Positions 45,698-56,246 of a stretch of 64,000 nt of DNA are shown here, piece after piece. The translations under genes were made by a program, and so were the position numbers. The stretch is from contig JALOOG010000024.1 in assembly GCA_025454525.1 (NCBI GenBank), positions 2,004 through 66,003 of the forward strand, written 5' to 3'. Source of the stretch: Anaerolineae bacterium. Lineage in GTDB: Bacteria > Chloroflexota > Anaerolineae > Aggregatilineales > Phototrophicaceae. Numbering within the stretch: the stretch's first letter is position 1; each line of letters opens with the position of its first letter. The notes beneath the pieces are model-generated. The model did not search any database. It was not told where the DNA came from and saw nothing but the letters and a program-made list of their open reading frames with translations.

Positions 45698-46677
45698 CCA
45701 TGCCCTAAGATGCGTTTCGGCTGATAGGGAGCTTCAAGCCGTTCGATCACTTCTAACGCGAGAGGAACTTCGGCAATGCTGATCGCTTCCTCCAGTTGAT
45801 AAAGTTTGCTGGCCCCCATGATCGGTGCAGTGACTCCCGGCTTATTGAGCATCCATGCCAACGCCAATTGTGCGGGTTTGAGGCCTAATTCCGCCGCTAC
45901 CGCTTTGAGTTGATCCACGACGTTAAAATCCGCGTCGGTGTAATACATATCATGGGCGAAACGATCGGTTTTAGCGCGGGCGGTCTCATCTTGTTGTTGT
46001 TCACGGGTGCGATTGCCTGCTAAGAAACCCCGCGCCAACGGACTCCATGGAATCACACCGACTCCCATATCGATACACATCGGGATCATCTCGCGTTCTT
46101 CTTCACGATAGATCAAGTTATAGTGATTCTGCATGGAGACAAACCGTGTCCATCCATGTAACGCGGCGGTATGTTGCGCTTTGGCGAATTGCCATGCGTA
46201 CATGCTACTCGCGCCGATATAGCGCGCCTTTCCAGCCTTCACCACATCATGTAGCGCTTCCATCGTTTCTTCAATCGGGGTGAGCGGATCCCATCGATGA
46301 ATCTGATAGAGATCGATGTAATCAACCCCTAAGCGCTTTAATGATGCATCGATCGAGTCTAGGATATGTTTACGCGATAACCCACCCTGATTCGGTTTCG
46401 GGCCGGTGGGGAAATAGACTTTAGTCGCGATCACGACTTGATCGCGTTGCGCGCATTCGCGTAACAACTTTCCGGTGATCTCTTCGCTCACGCCCAACGA
46501 GTACATATTGGCGGTGTCGAAAAAGTTGATGCCTGCTTCCCATGCGTGCTGCACAAACGGACGAGCGGCTGCTTCATCCAAGACCCAATCGCGCCATTGT
46601 GGAGATCCATAGGTCATCATGCCAAGGCAGATCCGCGAAACTCGTAGCCCCGTGTTACCCAAGTTAACGTATTGCAT
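45694..46677 (-). CDS. Aldo/keto reductase
   Basis: AKR motifs LGTMTYG-like (LGMMTYG), GINFFDTANMY, IGASS. The stop of the upstream gene overlaps this start codon. Confidence 0.9.
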   Translation of the reverse strand: MQYVNLGNTGLRVSRICLGMMTYGSPQWRDWVLDEAAARPFVQHAWEAGINFFDTANMYSLGVSEEITGKLLRECAQRDQVVIATKVYFPTGPKPNQGGLSRKHILDSIDASLKRLGVDYIDLYQIHRWDPLTPIEETMEALHDVVKAGKARYIGASSMYAWQFAKAQHTAALHGWTRFVSMQNHYNLIYREEEREMIPMCIDMGVGVIPWSPLARGFLAGNRTREQQQDETARAKTDRFAHDMYYTDADFNVVDQLKAVAAELGLKPAQLALAWMLNKPGVTAPIMGASKLYQLEEAISIAEVPLALEVIERLEAPYQPKRILGHG

Positions 46678-48380
46678 CAGTCCTCACTTTTTTCGTGTTT
46701 AGGATACGGCCAGATCTGGAGCGCCATTTTAGCTAATGTTTCAGCACGTTCCTTAATTGCATTTTCGTCCCATTTATTCAATTGAGCCAGCTTTTTATTC
46801 AACCGTAAATGACTGTCTGCAAATCCGCCCTTCATATCTCGCTTTTCGGCAAATGGACGATCGCTCAACTCCGCGTTATAGCCCGTCAATGTCAAATTAC
46901 CGATGGTATGGAGATAATATTCTTGGACTTCCCGCCATTGTGATCCTAACATCATTTGCCATTCTGTAGACAAATTGGGGTTTTGTGGCATGATGTGTTC
47001 GATCGTATATTTATCGGTGTCGATGTATTCTTTATGATTGTGGTTTTCGAGTCGGTTAAACAGATAACTCCGACGTGGAGGTGTGAGTCCGGTGTAGATG
47101 TTTCGGGTCATAAAGGCTTGGCGAAATTCTCTATCCGCTGGAAAACGACGATAACCGTCCAGTTTGATCAAGGCTTCTTTTACGCTATTGAGGTAATCGG
47201 TTTTATCGATCGCACGTTTGAAAGTCGCAAAGGTCTTGTTCATCGAATTGGTGGGAATTTCCACGATTGCCCGCCGAAACACATAACTTTCCACAAGGCG
47301 TAAAATCTCTAAAAAGTCTGCCCGTGAGAGCCGTTGATGACGTTCGTAATCGTCAAATACTTCGATCAAAAACGGATAAGCGACATCCACTTTTAGCGTA
47401 TTGATGTAACGCATCACCTCTTGGAGTTGTTTGTCGTTATAACTTTGAGGAAAGGCTAAGTAGGCAAAGTAGCGAGCGTAATGGGCAATACTTTTGACCA
47501 CTTCACGCACATCCTTACCGCGTGTGAACTTTTTAAAATCTGTATAAACATCCCTAATGTTCGGAATTGTACCAGACTCGGATTGTATGGTGAGGTAATC
47601 ACGCATGAAGCGATCAAATAACTCTGCATACTGTGAATGCCCGAAGCGCTGCTCCATCGGATACCAATACTGCTCATAGAGGTCATTCTGTTCTTGAGCC
47701 GGCAAACCCATCAACACATAGTTACGGATTAAATCTGCTTGGGAAAGCGCTAATCCGGTCGAGTTGAGGCTCTCAAAGATCAATTGTGGGTTATCGTGAT
47801 TTGCATCTAATGATACATCGACGATCAACAATTTTTTGATCCCGTTGAACAAGGTATCTAAATCACCCCCACTTTTGCGGATCTGCCCCTCAAAAAACTC
47901 AAAGTTTTCTTTAATTCGTAAAGAGGGAGCAGCGGGTAAATCTTGCCCTTTAAGCAGTTGGATCAAACTGCTTTTATCACTTTGGGTCAAGATCAATTTA
48001 TAACGGAGATCGCCTTTCGCATATTTGTTGGTTAAAAACTGATCGAAGATCTGATCATGACTCACGTTAAGAGCATCATTGTCTTTTAAGGCACGCGCCA
48101 ACGCCACCAATAACAACAACACCGTGGTTAAACGTTGTTGACCGTCAATCACCAACATCTGTTGTGTGGAACTGGCGTGATAGACCCCTTCTTGGATATA
48201 CACCACTGATCCGACAAAATGTGCAGGAGTCTTATCATCATGTGCCACACGGTAAATATCGTTCCAGAGTTGCTGACATTGCTCCCGTGTCCAGCTGTAG
48301 GTGCGTTGATAGATCGGGATCACAAATTGCGTATCAGGTTTGCTCAAGAACTGAATCAGATTGGTTTCCGAAGCTTTCAT
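46677..48380 (-). CDS. GmrSD-family type IV restriction endonuclease homolog (N-terminal DUF262 plus C-terminal DUF1524 His-Me finger)
   Basis: DUF262 motifs IPIYQRTYSW and DGQQRLTT. C-terminal DUF1524 motif YTIEHIMPQN. The gene lies in a low-GC segment. Confidence 0.8.
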   Translation of the reverse strand: MKASETNLIQFLSKPDTQFVIPIYQRTYSWTREQCQQLWNDIYRVAHDDKTPAHFVGSVVYIQEGVYHASSTQQMLVIDGQQRLTTVLLLLVALARALKDNDALNVSHDQIFDQFLTNKYAKGDLRYKLILTQSDKSSLIQLLKGQDLPAAPSLRIKENFEFFEGQIRKSGGDLDTLFNGIKKLLIVDVSLDANHDNPQLIFESLNSTGLALSQADLIRNYVLMGLPAQEQNDLYEQYWYPMEQRFGHSQYAELFDRFMRDYLTIQSESGTIPNIRDVYTDFKKFTRGKDVREVVKSIAHYARYFAYLAFPQSYNDKQLQEVMRYINTLKVDVAYPFLIEVFDDYERHQRLSRADFLEILRLVESYVFRRAIVEIPTNSMNKTFATFKRAIDKTDYLNSVKEALIKLDGYRRFPADREFRQAFMTRNIYTGLTPPRRSYLFNRLENHNHKEYIDTDKYTIEHIMPQNPNLSTEWQMMLGSQWREVQEYYLHTIGNLTLTGYNAELSDRPFAEKRDMKGGFADSHLRLNKKLAQLNKWDENAIKERAETLAKMALQIWPYPKHEKSED

Positions 48381-48409
48381 TTCCGATGTCCTACTTCATC
48401 TAAGGCGCG

Positions 48410-48721
48410 TTAATCCGCAAAAAAGCCGAAGTCAATATAATAACACAAGTCTTGATCACAAGCTTGAGTCCCATATTCCTTAAACACAAACACACGCGGA
48501 TTCACCCGCTTAAGGTGTTTTTTGAAGGTACTCCATTGCGATTTAGTGGGCGGTTGATCCCCAAAATAGCCTGAACCGAACACCGCCCGAAAATGGCCAT
48601 CATCGTAAACGATCACCTCTTTTAAGAGGTATTCTCCACGGTGCGATAACGCCCGCTCTATAAACATTTGCGCGTAATGTTGGCTACGTTTTTGAAAATG
48701 GGGTAGATTATAATTCGACAT
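48410..48721 (-). CDS. Hypothetical small protein (104 aa) immediately upstream of the GmrSD-like gene
   Basis: ORF from ATG 48721 (MSNYNLPHFQ...), 29 nt upstream of the GmrSD-like gene. No recognised domain. Confidence 0.45.
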   Translation of the reverse strand: MSNYNLPHFQKRSQHYAQMFIERALSHRGEYLLKEVIVYDDGHFRAVFGSGYFGDQPPTKSQWSTFKKHLKRVNPRVFVFKEYGTQACDQDLCYYIDFGFFAD

Positions 48722-48731
48722 CGACTTGTCC

Positions 48732-49631
48732 CTAACTATGTGGGCGGATCGCATCAATGGCGACCCAATTGCCATCTTGACGGACATTCACCGGAGTTAA
48801 ACCGGTTTGACGAAGTGCCACTTGCACATCTTCAGATTGCGAGACCATGATCCCACTGAAGATCGCTTTCCCACCCGGACGCACCACCTCGCCTAAATGA
48901 TGCTGACACATTTCGATGATCGTGCGTGCAAGGATATTCGCCACCAACACATCAAAACGCCGAGCTGAATTTAAAACCGTGTTGAGATCGCCTTCTTGCG
49001 CGATGATCTTTTCGCCGACTCCGTTTTGTTGTGCGTTTTCAGTGGTGACTTCTACAGCTAACGGGTCAATATCCACCGCTAACACCTTACCCGCGCCTAA
49101 TAACACCGCGCCGATCGCTAAGATCCCACTGCCACAACCGAGATCTAACACGGTGACTCCGGGGGCGATCGCGTCCTCCAAGGCCGCTAGACATAATTGA
49201 GTCGTGGGATGTGTGCCTGTGCCAAAGGCCATACCGGGATCTAAAGAGATCACCAGATCGCCCGCTTGGACTTCATATTCTTCCCACAAGGGGCGGATGA
49301 TCAAACGTTTGCCGATACGGGTGGTGTGATAATGAGCCTTCCAAGCTTCCGCCCAATCTTGATCATCAACGTGACGATAGAGCGGTTTATAACCGTGATC
49401 CGCTAACAACGCTTCGATCTCACCTTGGGTTTCGGCGGAGCGTTCATCCTCACGCAGGTAGATCTTGACCGCATACATCGGCGCAAGCGGCAATTCATCA
49501 TCGTCAAAGCGATCGGCCGGAATCCCCTCGTGATCGATCGAAACCCCTTGTCCGCCAAAGTCTTGTAATAAATCCGCAACCGTATCTTTTTCGTCGATTG
49601 TGGTGCGAACTGTCACTTCAATCCATTGCAT
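48732..49631 (-). CDS. prmA: Ribosomal protein L11 methyltransferase PrmA
   Basis: N-terminus MQWIEVTV matches the PrmA consensus start. SAM motif VLDLGCGSGILAIGA. Confidence 0.88.
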   Translation of the reverse strand: MQWIEVTVRTTIDEKDTVADLLQDFGGQGVSIDHEGIPADRFDDDELPLAPMYAVKIYLREDERSAETQGEIEALLADHGYKPLYRHVDDQDWAEAWKAHYHTTRIGKRLIIRPLWEEYEVQAGDLVISLDPGMAFGTGTHPTTQLCLAALEDAIAPGVTVLDLGCGSGILAIGAVLLGAGKVLAVDIDPLAVEVTTENAQQNGVGEKIIAQEGDLNTVLNSARRFDVLVANILARTIIEMCQHHLGEVVRPGGKAIFSGIMVSQSEDVQVALRQTGLTPVNVRQDGNWVAIDAIRPHS

Positions 49632-49769
49632 GAAAGCATTCTCCCAAAACACAATAGGGCGCATCAATGCGCCCTATTCTAACTGCAAATCTGAAACTTT
49701 GCCTTGTTAATCCATTAAGACCACTGGGGGATCTTTGTGGATCACCCGCGAAATGCGGTGATGTTCGCT

Positions 49770-51314
49770 TTAATCGCCCGCCGCAGGCATTGGGATCGAT
49801 TGCGGCTTACGGGTCATTTGCGGGATCGGTAGATCCGACAAGATCAAGTTTTCGGCGATGATCGAAGAAGATAACACCCCCGGTAAACCCGCACCGGGAT
49901 GCGTCCCTGCACCCACAAAATACAAGTTATCGAAGTCCTCTGACCGATTATGCGGACGGAACCACGCCGATTGCATCAAAATCGGTTGCACCGAAAACGC
50001 CGATCCCATATAGCTATTGAGTGTGTTTTGGAAATGCAATGGATCGATGTAGTGTTCGGCAACGATGTTCTCTTGCAGATCCGGCAAATAGTTTTCTTCT
50101 AGGAAGTTCATGATCGAATCGCGATACGGCTTGGCCTTCACGCGCCAATCTGTCCCCGATCCCAAGTGCGGCACAGGCGATAACACATAGAATGACTCAT
50201 GGCCTTCTGGTGCGATCGTCGGATCGGTGATCGTGGGCATATGTAGATAAAGCGAGAAGTCTTCTGATACGACTTTTTTCTTGAAGATGTCGGTTAAGAG
50301 GCCCTTATAGCGCTCTCCGAGAATGATGTTGTGATGTGCGAGTTGTGTATCTAAGTAGCGGCGTTTTGTGCCGAAGTAGATCACAAACAGCGACATGCTG
50401 TATTTTAGGCTCTCTACCTTGCGATTGGTATACTTCCGGCGATATTGTTCCGGGATCAAATTGCGATAGGTGAAGGCCACATCCGCATTTGACACCACCG
50501 CGTCTGCCGTGTGAGTTGTGCCGTCCATCATTTGAATACCGGTGACCCGGCGCGTCCGATCATCGATCAAGATCTGTCCGATCTCCGCATTGCGATAGAC
50601 TTTGCCGCCTAATTCGGTAAACAAGCGCTCAAAGGCTTGTACCAAAGCGCCTGTACCCCCCATCACATAATGCACCCCCCAACGCCGCTCTAAATAGTGG
50701 ATCATCGCGTAAATCGACGGCGAGTCAAAGGGATTGCCACCGATCAGCAAGGGGTGAAATGAGAAGCAGCGACGTAAAAATTCGTCTTTTACAAACTTGC
50801 TGGCATATTGATAGACGCTCAAATACGATTGCATCTTGATCAAGTCCGGCGCAACTTTGAGCATATCCCACACCGATAAAAACGGCTTGTCCGCTAATTC
50901 AACAAAGCCTTTTTCAAAGATCGGCTTAGTGCTGGCAATAAACGCCTTATAGCCTTCAACATCTTCCGGGCTACGCCGACGGATCTCCTCTAAAATAAAG
51001 GCCTCGTTCCCGTTGTAATCGAAGCGGTTGCCGTCCTTATCGAAAATCCGATAGTATGGATTACATTCGACAAATTCAACGTAGTCTTCACGTTTTGCGC
51101 CGGCCATTTCCCAAATGTCATCAAACATAAACGGCGCGGTGACGATCGTCGGTCCACCGTCAAATTTGAATCCGTTTTGTTCATACACATAGGCCCGGCC
51201 GCCTAATTTATCGCGCTTCTCAAATAGTTCAACTTGATACCCCCGCGCCGCTAAACGCACCGCCGCGCCTAAACCCCCGAAGCCACTGCCAATCACGATA
51301 ATCTTTTTGCTCAT
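49770..51314 (-). CDS. Phytoene desaturase-family FAD-dependent oxidoreductase (CrtI-like)
   Basis: N-terminal FAD motif [28 protein letters not shown]...GGR. C-terminal CrtI-like [15 protein letters not shown]. Confidence 0.85.
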   Translation of the reverse strand: MSKKIIVIGSGFGGLGAAVRLAARGYQVELFEKRDKLGGRAYVYEQNGFKFDGGPTIVTAPFMFDDIWEMAGAKREDYVEFVECNPYYRIFDKDGNRFDYNGNEAFILEEIRRRSPEDVEGYKAFIASTKPIFEKGFVELADKPFLSVWDMLKVAPDLIKMQSYLSVYQYASKFVKDEFLRRCFSFHPLLIGGNPFDSPSIYAMIHYLERRWGVHYVMGGTGALVQAFERLFTELGGKVYRNAEIGQILIDDRTRRVTGIQMMDGTTHTADAVVSNADVAFTYRNLIPEQYRRKYTNRKVESLKYSMSLFVIYFGTKRRYLDTQLAHHNIILGERYKGLLTDIFKKKVVSEDFSLYLHMPTITDPTIAPEGHESFYVLSPVPHLGSGTDWRVKAKPYRDSIMNFLEENYLPDLQENIVAEHYIDPLHFQNTLNSYMGSAFSVQPILMQSAWFRPHNRSEDFDNLYFVGAGTHPGAGLPGVLSSSIIAENLILSDLPIPQMTRKPQSIPMPAAGD

Positions 51315-51427
51315 ACGGTCTCGTTTCTTGCTGCGTTGTCTATATAAGCTCTATTATGGTGCATTACGATCCGCTTAGACAATGACAATCATCATTCTCT
51401 CAGTGAGACATTAGCAGGGGTTTATTT

Positions 51428-51889
51428 TTAAGAAGACCAACTTCCAAAACTGTCTCGATCTTCCGTCGGAGTCGGCGCGGTGGGTTTAGGGGTCACGACG
51501 GGAGGCGCACCGTTGGATGTTTTGGGTGGGGAGGTGATCCCGCTGATTTCGCTGCGGGTTTGTTGGGCGGCTTGTTTGACCTCATCCCCCACTTTTCGCA
51601 CTTCATCTAAGGTTTCACGCATCGGATCGGTAAGCGGTTTAAAGGTGTTTTGGATCGTGCGATTGAGCGATTGACGGGTGGGGATCTCTTTCGGTAACTC
51701 TATATCCACCCCCGACTCGTCTAATTCTTTCTGCACGACATTCATCATGTCCGACCACATCACCCGTAAGCGCGTTGTCCAACGGCCGACAAAATACGCC
51801 CATTGGATCAAGCGCTTGGGGCCGGCGACCACCAAGGCAATCATGAGAATGAGTACCAGTTCTAGTTCCCCGATCCCAAAAATGTTCAT
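51428..51889 (-). CDS. Twin-arginine translocase TatA/TatB-family protein
   Basis: N-terminus MNIFGIGELELVLILMIALVVAGPKRL (TM plus amphipathic helix) and a Pro-rich tail. Confidence 0.75.
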   Translation of the reverse strand: MNIFGIGELELVLILMIALVVAGPKRLIQWAYFVGRWTTRLRVMWSDMMNVVQKELDESGVDIELPKEIPTRQSLNRTIQNTFKPLTDPMRETLDEVRKVGDEVKQAAQQTRSEISGITSPPKTSNGAPPVVTPKPTAPTPTEDRDSFGSWSS

Positions 51890-51902
51890 CGACGGCCTCG
51901 TC

Positions 51903-52451
51903 TTATTCGTGTTCGTCTTGTTCGAGTGCGATCTGTGTTAAAGTGGCAGAATCATCAGCCAAAGATCCTAATACCCCGTTGACAAACCGGGCGGCCCCTT
52001 CGGCCCCGAACAGCTTGGCCAATTCGACCGCCTCATCAATCGCCACACCGACCGGAGTCAAACGTTTTAGCGCAAACTCATAGATCGCGATCCGTAAGAT
52101 GTTGCGATCCACAATCGCCACTTGTGAAAGCGGAAATTCCGAAGCGTATTGCCGAATGATCTCATCTAAGGTGGCCGCATGTTCATGCACTCCCACCACT
52201 AGGCCATGTGTATATTCTACGGCCGACGTGGAAAGCGTCGGATCTTGCGCGTTTAACACATTTTGCAACACGATCCCAACCGGATGTTGTGCGCTATCGA
52301 TCTCATACAACGCTTGTAACGCGGCCCGACGCGATAAACTCCGCTCATTGGTGATCTCGGTATGGGGGATCACCTCGCGAGAAACTTCATCTTCTGGGCC
52401 AATTTCGATGTCAAAATCACGTAGATCACTCAAAATCATATCACCTATCAC
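51903..52451 (-). CDS. nusB: Transcription antitermination factor NusB (with an N-terminal extension of about 37 aa)
   Basis: SRRAALQALYEI..., DRNILRIAIYE, VAIDEAVELAK..FVNGVL motifs. Confidence 0.85.
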   Translation of the reverse strand: MIGDMILSDLRDFDIEIGPEDEVSREVIPHTEITNERSLSRRAALQALYEIDSAQHPVGIVLQNVLNAQDPTLSTSAVEYTHGLVVGVHEHAATLDEIIRQYASEFPLSQVAIVDRNILRIAIYEFALKRLTPVGVAIDEAVELAKLFGAEGAARFVNGVLGSLADDSATLTQIALEQDEHE

Positions 52452-52497
52452 AGTACCCTTTTTGCTTTCACAGTGTACTGTAAATTTAAGGCTTTGA

Positions 52498-52974
52498 CTA
52501 TGGCGTTCCGGTATCGATCACCCGTATCGCAGCTAGATCACCGTTGATCTCCACCTCATCACGCAGTATCCACCCGCGTAACAAGCGATCACCTTGATAT
52601 TCAATAAATAGCCATGTGCCAGAGCGATTAACCCCGGTGATCACCGCCGATGCGCCTGCTGGGAACACGGCCACTTCTGGAAAATCAAGGGCATCGCCCG
52701 ATCGGATCGCCCGATCAACGGTGGTTGTGATCAATACCGTAGACACCGGGCTGGGGGTGAGTTGGATCATAGAAGTCGGTGTGAACTGGGGTAGCGGCGT
52801 GGCTGTGGCGCGGGCCTCACGAGTCAACGCCGGAAACAAGACTAAGCCAAACACAATCAGCAATAGGAACAAGAGAAAGCCACCAAAGATCAAGTTTACC
52901 TTGGCTAGTCCTGTGGTCTCATCGGGATTAGGTTCGCGGATAGTCGAATCATGGTCTTTCATAAGGGAATCCAT
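52498..52974 (-). CDS. Membrane-anchored protein with an SH3-like C-terminal domain
   Basis: Single TM helix (LIFGGFLLFLLLIVFGLVLF). C-terminal ...GTWLFIEYQGDRLLRGWI... resembles SH3b. Confidence 0.5.
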   Translation of the reverse strand: MDSLMKDHDSTIREPNPDETTGLAKVNLIFGGFLLFLLLIVFGLVLFPALTREARATATPLPQFTPTSMIQLTPSPVSTVLITTTVDRAIRSGDALDFPEVAVFPAGASAVITGVNRSGTWLFIEYQGDRLLRGWILRDEVEINGDLAAIRVIDTGTP

Positions 52975-53168
52975 TTCTGCGAGGAAGCAATAGAGGTGAC
53001 TTTACCGCATTTCGACGATCTCGTCTATGATGAGCGGGCATTGATACTTTGTATCATTAATAGTTGCATTGAAGCCCGTGCTTATTAAATAATCGAATAT
53101 TTCTAAACTTGTTTCTAAATTGGACGTGAATTTTTTACGTTTTTAATGTTCTATTCACTAGAAAGTAG

Positions 53169-55388
53169 GTGTATACTGCTAAAAGTATCGAGTCAGGTGA
53201 AGCATACGTTGAGGCAAAACAGATGATGAAACACCTAGGTGTTTTTTTTCCGCAAAACACGCTTAACAATCTCTTAAACAAACTCCTTGAGCCGTCAGCC
53301 TCAATTCCTAAAGAACAGGCATTAAGCTATCGTCTCTTAGCAGGCATAATCTTGCTGTTGATCGTATTATCCTTTGTGATTGGAATCGTGATTTCCTTCA
53401 TCAGCTTTGGTCTAAATACCCAAACATTCGTCTCCATCGCTTCGTTTTTTATGTTGGTGAGCGCCTATTTGGTATTAGCATCCGGCCGTTACCTGTTTCC
53501 GGCCGTGTTGATCATTGGCATTGTGGCAACATCACCTATGTTTACCGTGATTGTGGATGTTGAGCAGTATCTAAACTCTAGCGCCTTAGGGCTTTCTACG
53601 TTAGCGGTCTTACTCACGGCCATTTTATTCCCAAATCGTCGTAGCATCTTGCTTTCCTCGGCTTGGGTCGGGATCTTATTATTGAGCCTGTTGGTATTTT
53701 TACCCATCACTATCACCGATCTGGTGACTCCGCTCGCAGTGTTAGTAGCCGCCATAGGCTTCACATTGGTGTTTGATTCCCACCGTAATGCGCTTGAACA
53801 ACTACGCCGTCAAGAGCTGGTAGCGATCAATGAGTCGTTACAAGTGGAGATCGAAGAACGTAAACGCATTGAAGAATCGCAAGCACGCTTGGTCGCTATC
53901 GTAGAAACTACTAGCGATCTGGTTGGGAGCGCTTCCCTAGACGGCCACCCCTCTTATATCAATCGCGCTGGCCGACAAATGATCGGATTAGACTTGGACG
54001 CGGATATAAGCGACATGATGATCACCGACATCAGCCCGGCATGGGCGAATGAGATCATCGGTCAGATTGGTGTCCCGATCGCCATGAGTCGAGGGACGTG
54101 GACAGGTGAAACCGCATTGCTGGGTCGTGACGGACGCGAGATCCCGGTTTCTCAGACGATCATCGCACATCGTGATGCGAATGGCAACCCGACCTATCTT
54201 TCTACCATGATGCGCGACATCACCGCTCAAAAAGAGGCCAACGCTCAATTGGCAGCGAATGCCAAACGGATTCGCGATATTTTCGATAACTTGGCCATTT
54301 TTGCATTGATGCTGGATCCGGATGGTAAAGTCGTTGAGGTAAACCAACCGATCTATGCCATTACCGAACTCAAACCGAATGAGGTTATCAATAGCTTATT
54401 TCCTAATACCCCTTGGTTTGGGCATTCGTCCGAGATGCGTGACTTAGCGTCACACCTTGTACAACAAGCCTCACAAGGCAAGTTGATCACGGTTGAAATG
54501 AGTGCGATAGTAGCGCATGGTTTGATCATTGATGTATTGGTCACTGTAGGGCCGCTTTTAAATGATCATGGCAAAGTGATCAACTTGGTCGCCTCTGGTG
54601 TCGATATTACCGCTTTGAAACAGGCTGAACAAGAACAAAAACGTTTGATCAAAGATCTACAGGCCGCTAAACGCTTGGCTGATGAAAACTCGCGTTTAAA
54701 ATCGGAGTTTTTATCTACCATGTCGCATGAATTGCGGACTCCGATGAACGCGATCGAAGGCTTTACCGGGATCATCTTAAAAAAGATGGGCGGTGCAGAC
54801 TTTAACGCCAAAACGGAGGAATATTTACATCGCGTTCACTCCAACAGCCGCCGCTTGTTGCAACTGATCAACGATTTCTTGGATCTTTCGCGCGTCGAGT
54901 CTGGACGCTTGGAATTGGCGCATCAACCATTCGCTCCAGCTCATTTAGCCCAACGTTGGCGCGATGAGATCAGCGTATTGGCGGAGAAGAAGAACATCGC
55001 CTTTGAGGTTGCGGTCGATCCGGATTTACCGTCCACACTTTACGGCGATGAAGAAGCGATCTCAAAAGTCACGATCAACCTGTTGAGCAACGCGATCAAA
55101 TTCACTGAACAAGGGGGAATCACCCTCAAATTAGAAGCACGCGAGACGACATGGAACATTATGGTGAGCGATACCGGAATCGGGATTCCGCCTCATGCCC
55201 GCGATTTTATCTTTGAGGAGTTCCGGCAAGTGGATCAATCTTCCAAGCGTAAATATGGCGGCACGGGTTTAGGGTTGGCGATTGTGCAGAAATATGCGCG
55301 CTCCATGGGCGGCAACGTAAGCGTTAAAAGTGAATTGGGTCAAGGCAGTACCTTTACGGTGACGTTGCCTTTACATATCGCTGAATAA
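53169..55388 (+). CDS. Sensor histidine kinase (multi-TM N-terminal sensor, PAS domains, HisKA, HATPase_c)
   Basis: H-box STMSHELRTPMNAI. N-box NLLSNAIKFT. G-boxes DTGIGIP and GGTGLGLAIV. About 6 TM helices at the N-terminus. The start may be ATG 53223. Confidence 0.88.
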   Translation: MYTAKSIESGEAYVEAKQMMKHLGVFFPQNTLNNLLNKLLEPSASIPKEQALSYRLLAGIILLLIVLSFVIGIVISFISFGLNTQTFVSIASFFMLVSAYLVLASGRYLFPAVLIIGIVATSPMFTVIVDVEQYLNSSALGLSTLAVLLTAILFPNRRSILLSSAWVGILLLSLLVFLPITITDLVTPLAVLVAAIGFTLVFDSHRNALEQLRRQELVAINESLQVEIEERKRIEESQARLVAIVETTSDLVGSASLDGHPSYINRAGRQMIGLDLDADISDMMITDISPAWANEIIGQIGVPIAMSRGTWTGETALLGRDGREIPVSQTIIAHRDANGNPTYLSTMMRDITAQKEANAQLAANAKRIRDIFDNLAIFALMLDPDGKVVEVNQPIYAITELKPNEVINSLFPNTPWFGHSSEMRDLASHLVQQASQGKLITVEMSAIVAHGLIIDVLVTVGPLLNDHGKVINLVASGVDITALKQAEQEQKRLIKDLQAAKRLADENSRLKSEFLSTMSHELRTPMNAIEGFTGIILKKMGGADFNAKTEEYLHRVHSNSRRLLQLINDFLDLSRVESGRLELAHQPFAPAHLAQRWRDEISVLAEKKNIAFEVAVDPDLPSTLYGDEEAISKVTINLLSNAIKFTEQGGITLKLEARETTWNIMVSDTGIGIPPHARDFIFEEFRQVDQSSKRKYGGTGLGLAIVQKYARSMGGNVSVKSELGQGSTFTVTLPLHIAE

Positions 55389-55412
55389 ATCACATCGAAG
55401 GAGGAAATACCC

Positions 55413-55838
55413 ATGTTAGATCTACCAAATGATTTGTTGGTTGGGTGGGATATTGTGGTCATCGACGACGAAGAAGACAGTTTATTGGTGGCCCAAGTGA
55501 TCCTGTTGGAATATGGCGCAAATGTGTATACCGCGTCTAATGGTCAAGAAGGGCTAGAGGTGATTCGCGAAGTCCGCCCCAAATTTGCCATTAGCGATCT
55601 ATCAATGCCCATTTTGGATGGGTGGGGGCTGATTAGTGAACTCAAACATGACCCAGAGATCCAAGATATTCCGGTGATCGCGTTGACAGCTCATGCCATG
55701 GTTGGAGATCGGGAACGGGCAGTTCAATTTGGGTTTCACAACTATCTCACCAAACCGCTGACTGTGGAGACTTTTATTCAAGATCTGGTAAAGTTGCTGG
55801 TCGATATTCCCGTATTAGCCAACGAATTGAACATCTAA
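55413..55838 (+). CDS. Single-domain response regulator (CheY-like receiver)
   Basis: Receiver motifs VVIDDEED...ISDLSMP...LTAH...KP. Confidence 0.85.
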   Translation: MLDLPNDLLVGWDIVVIDDEEDSLLVAQVILLEYGANVYTASNGQEGLEVIREVRPKFAISDLSMPILDGWGLISELKHDPEIQDIPVIALTAHAMVGDRERAVQFGFHNYLTKPLTVETFIQDLVKLLVDIPVLANELNI

Positions 55839-55850
55839 AGGAGACAGAAC

Positions 55851-56231
55851 ATGGCGGACAATAAACAACGACGGATCTTGGTGGTTGAAGACGACTTAGA
55901 CGGCCAAGCGCTGATGGCCACATTGTTAGATCATTTAGATATTCCAATGGATGTGGCTGGGAGTGTGGCGGAAGCCGAACACTTTCTATTTCAAAGTGGT
56001 CAAGTGTATCATGCCGTGATCATCGATCTAGCCTTGCCGGATAAAGACGGTTGGCAATTGCTCTCGCAGATCAACGCCCACCCTAAGATGGGTGATTTAC
56101 CTGCGATCGCGGTGACGGCCTATCATAATTCTAAGTTACGGGAAGAAGCGATTTTAGCGGGCTTTAAGGCTTATTTCCCAAAACCGATCGATTCCACCTC
56201 GTTTTTACGAGAACTTGAAGCCATTCTCTAA
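55851..56231 (+). CDS. Single-domain response regulator (CheY-like receiver)
   Basis: Receiver motifs ILVVEDDLD...IIDLALPDKDG...VTAY...KP. Confidence 0.85.
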   Translation: MADNKQRRILVVEDDLDGQALMATLLDHLDIPMDVAGSVAEAEHFLFQSGQVYHAVIIDLALPDKDGWQLLSQINAHPKMGDLPAIAVTAYHNSKLREEAILAGFKAYFPKPIDSTSFLRELEAIL

Positions 56232-56246
56232 GTTAGGATTATCATC

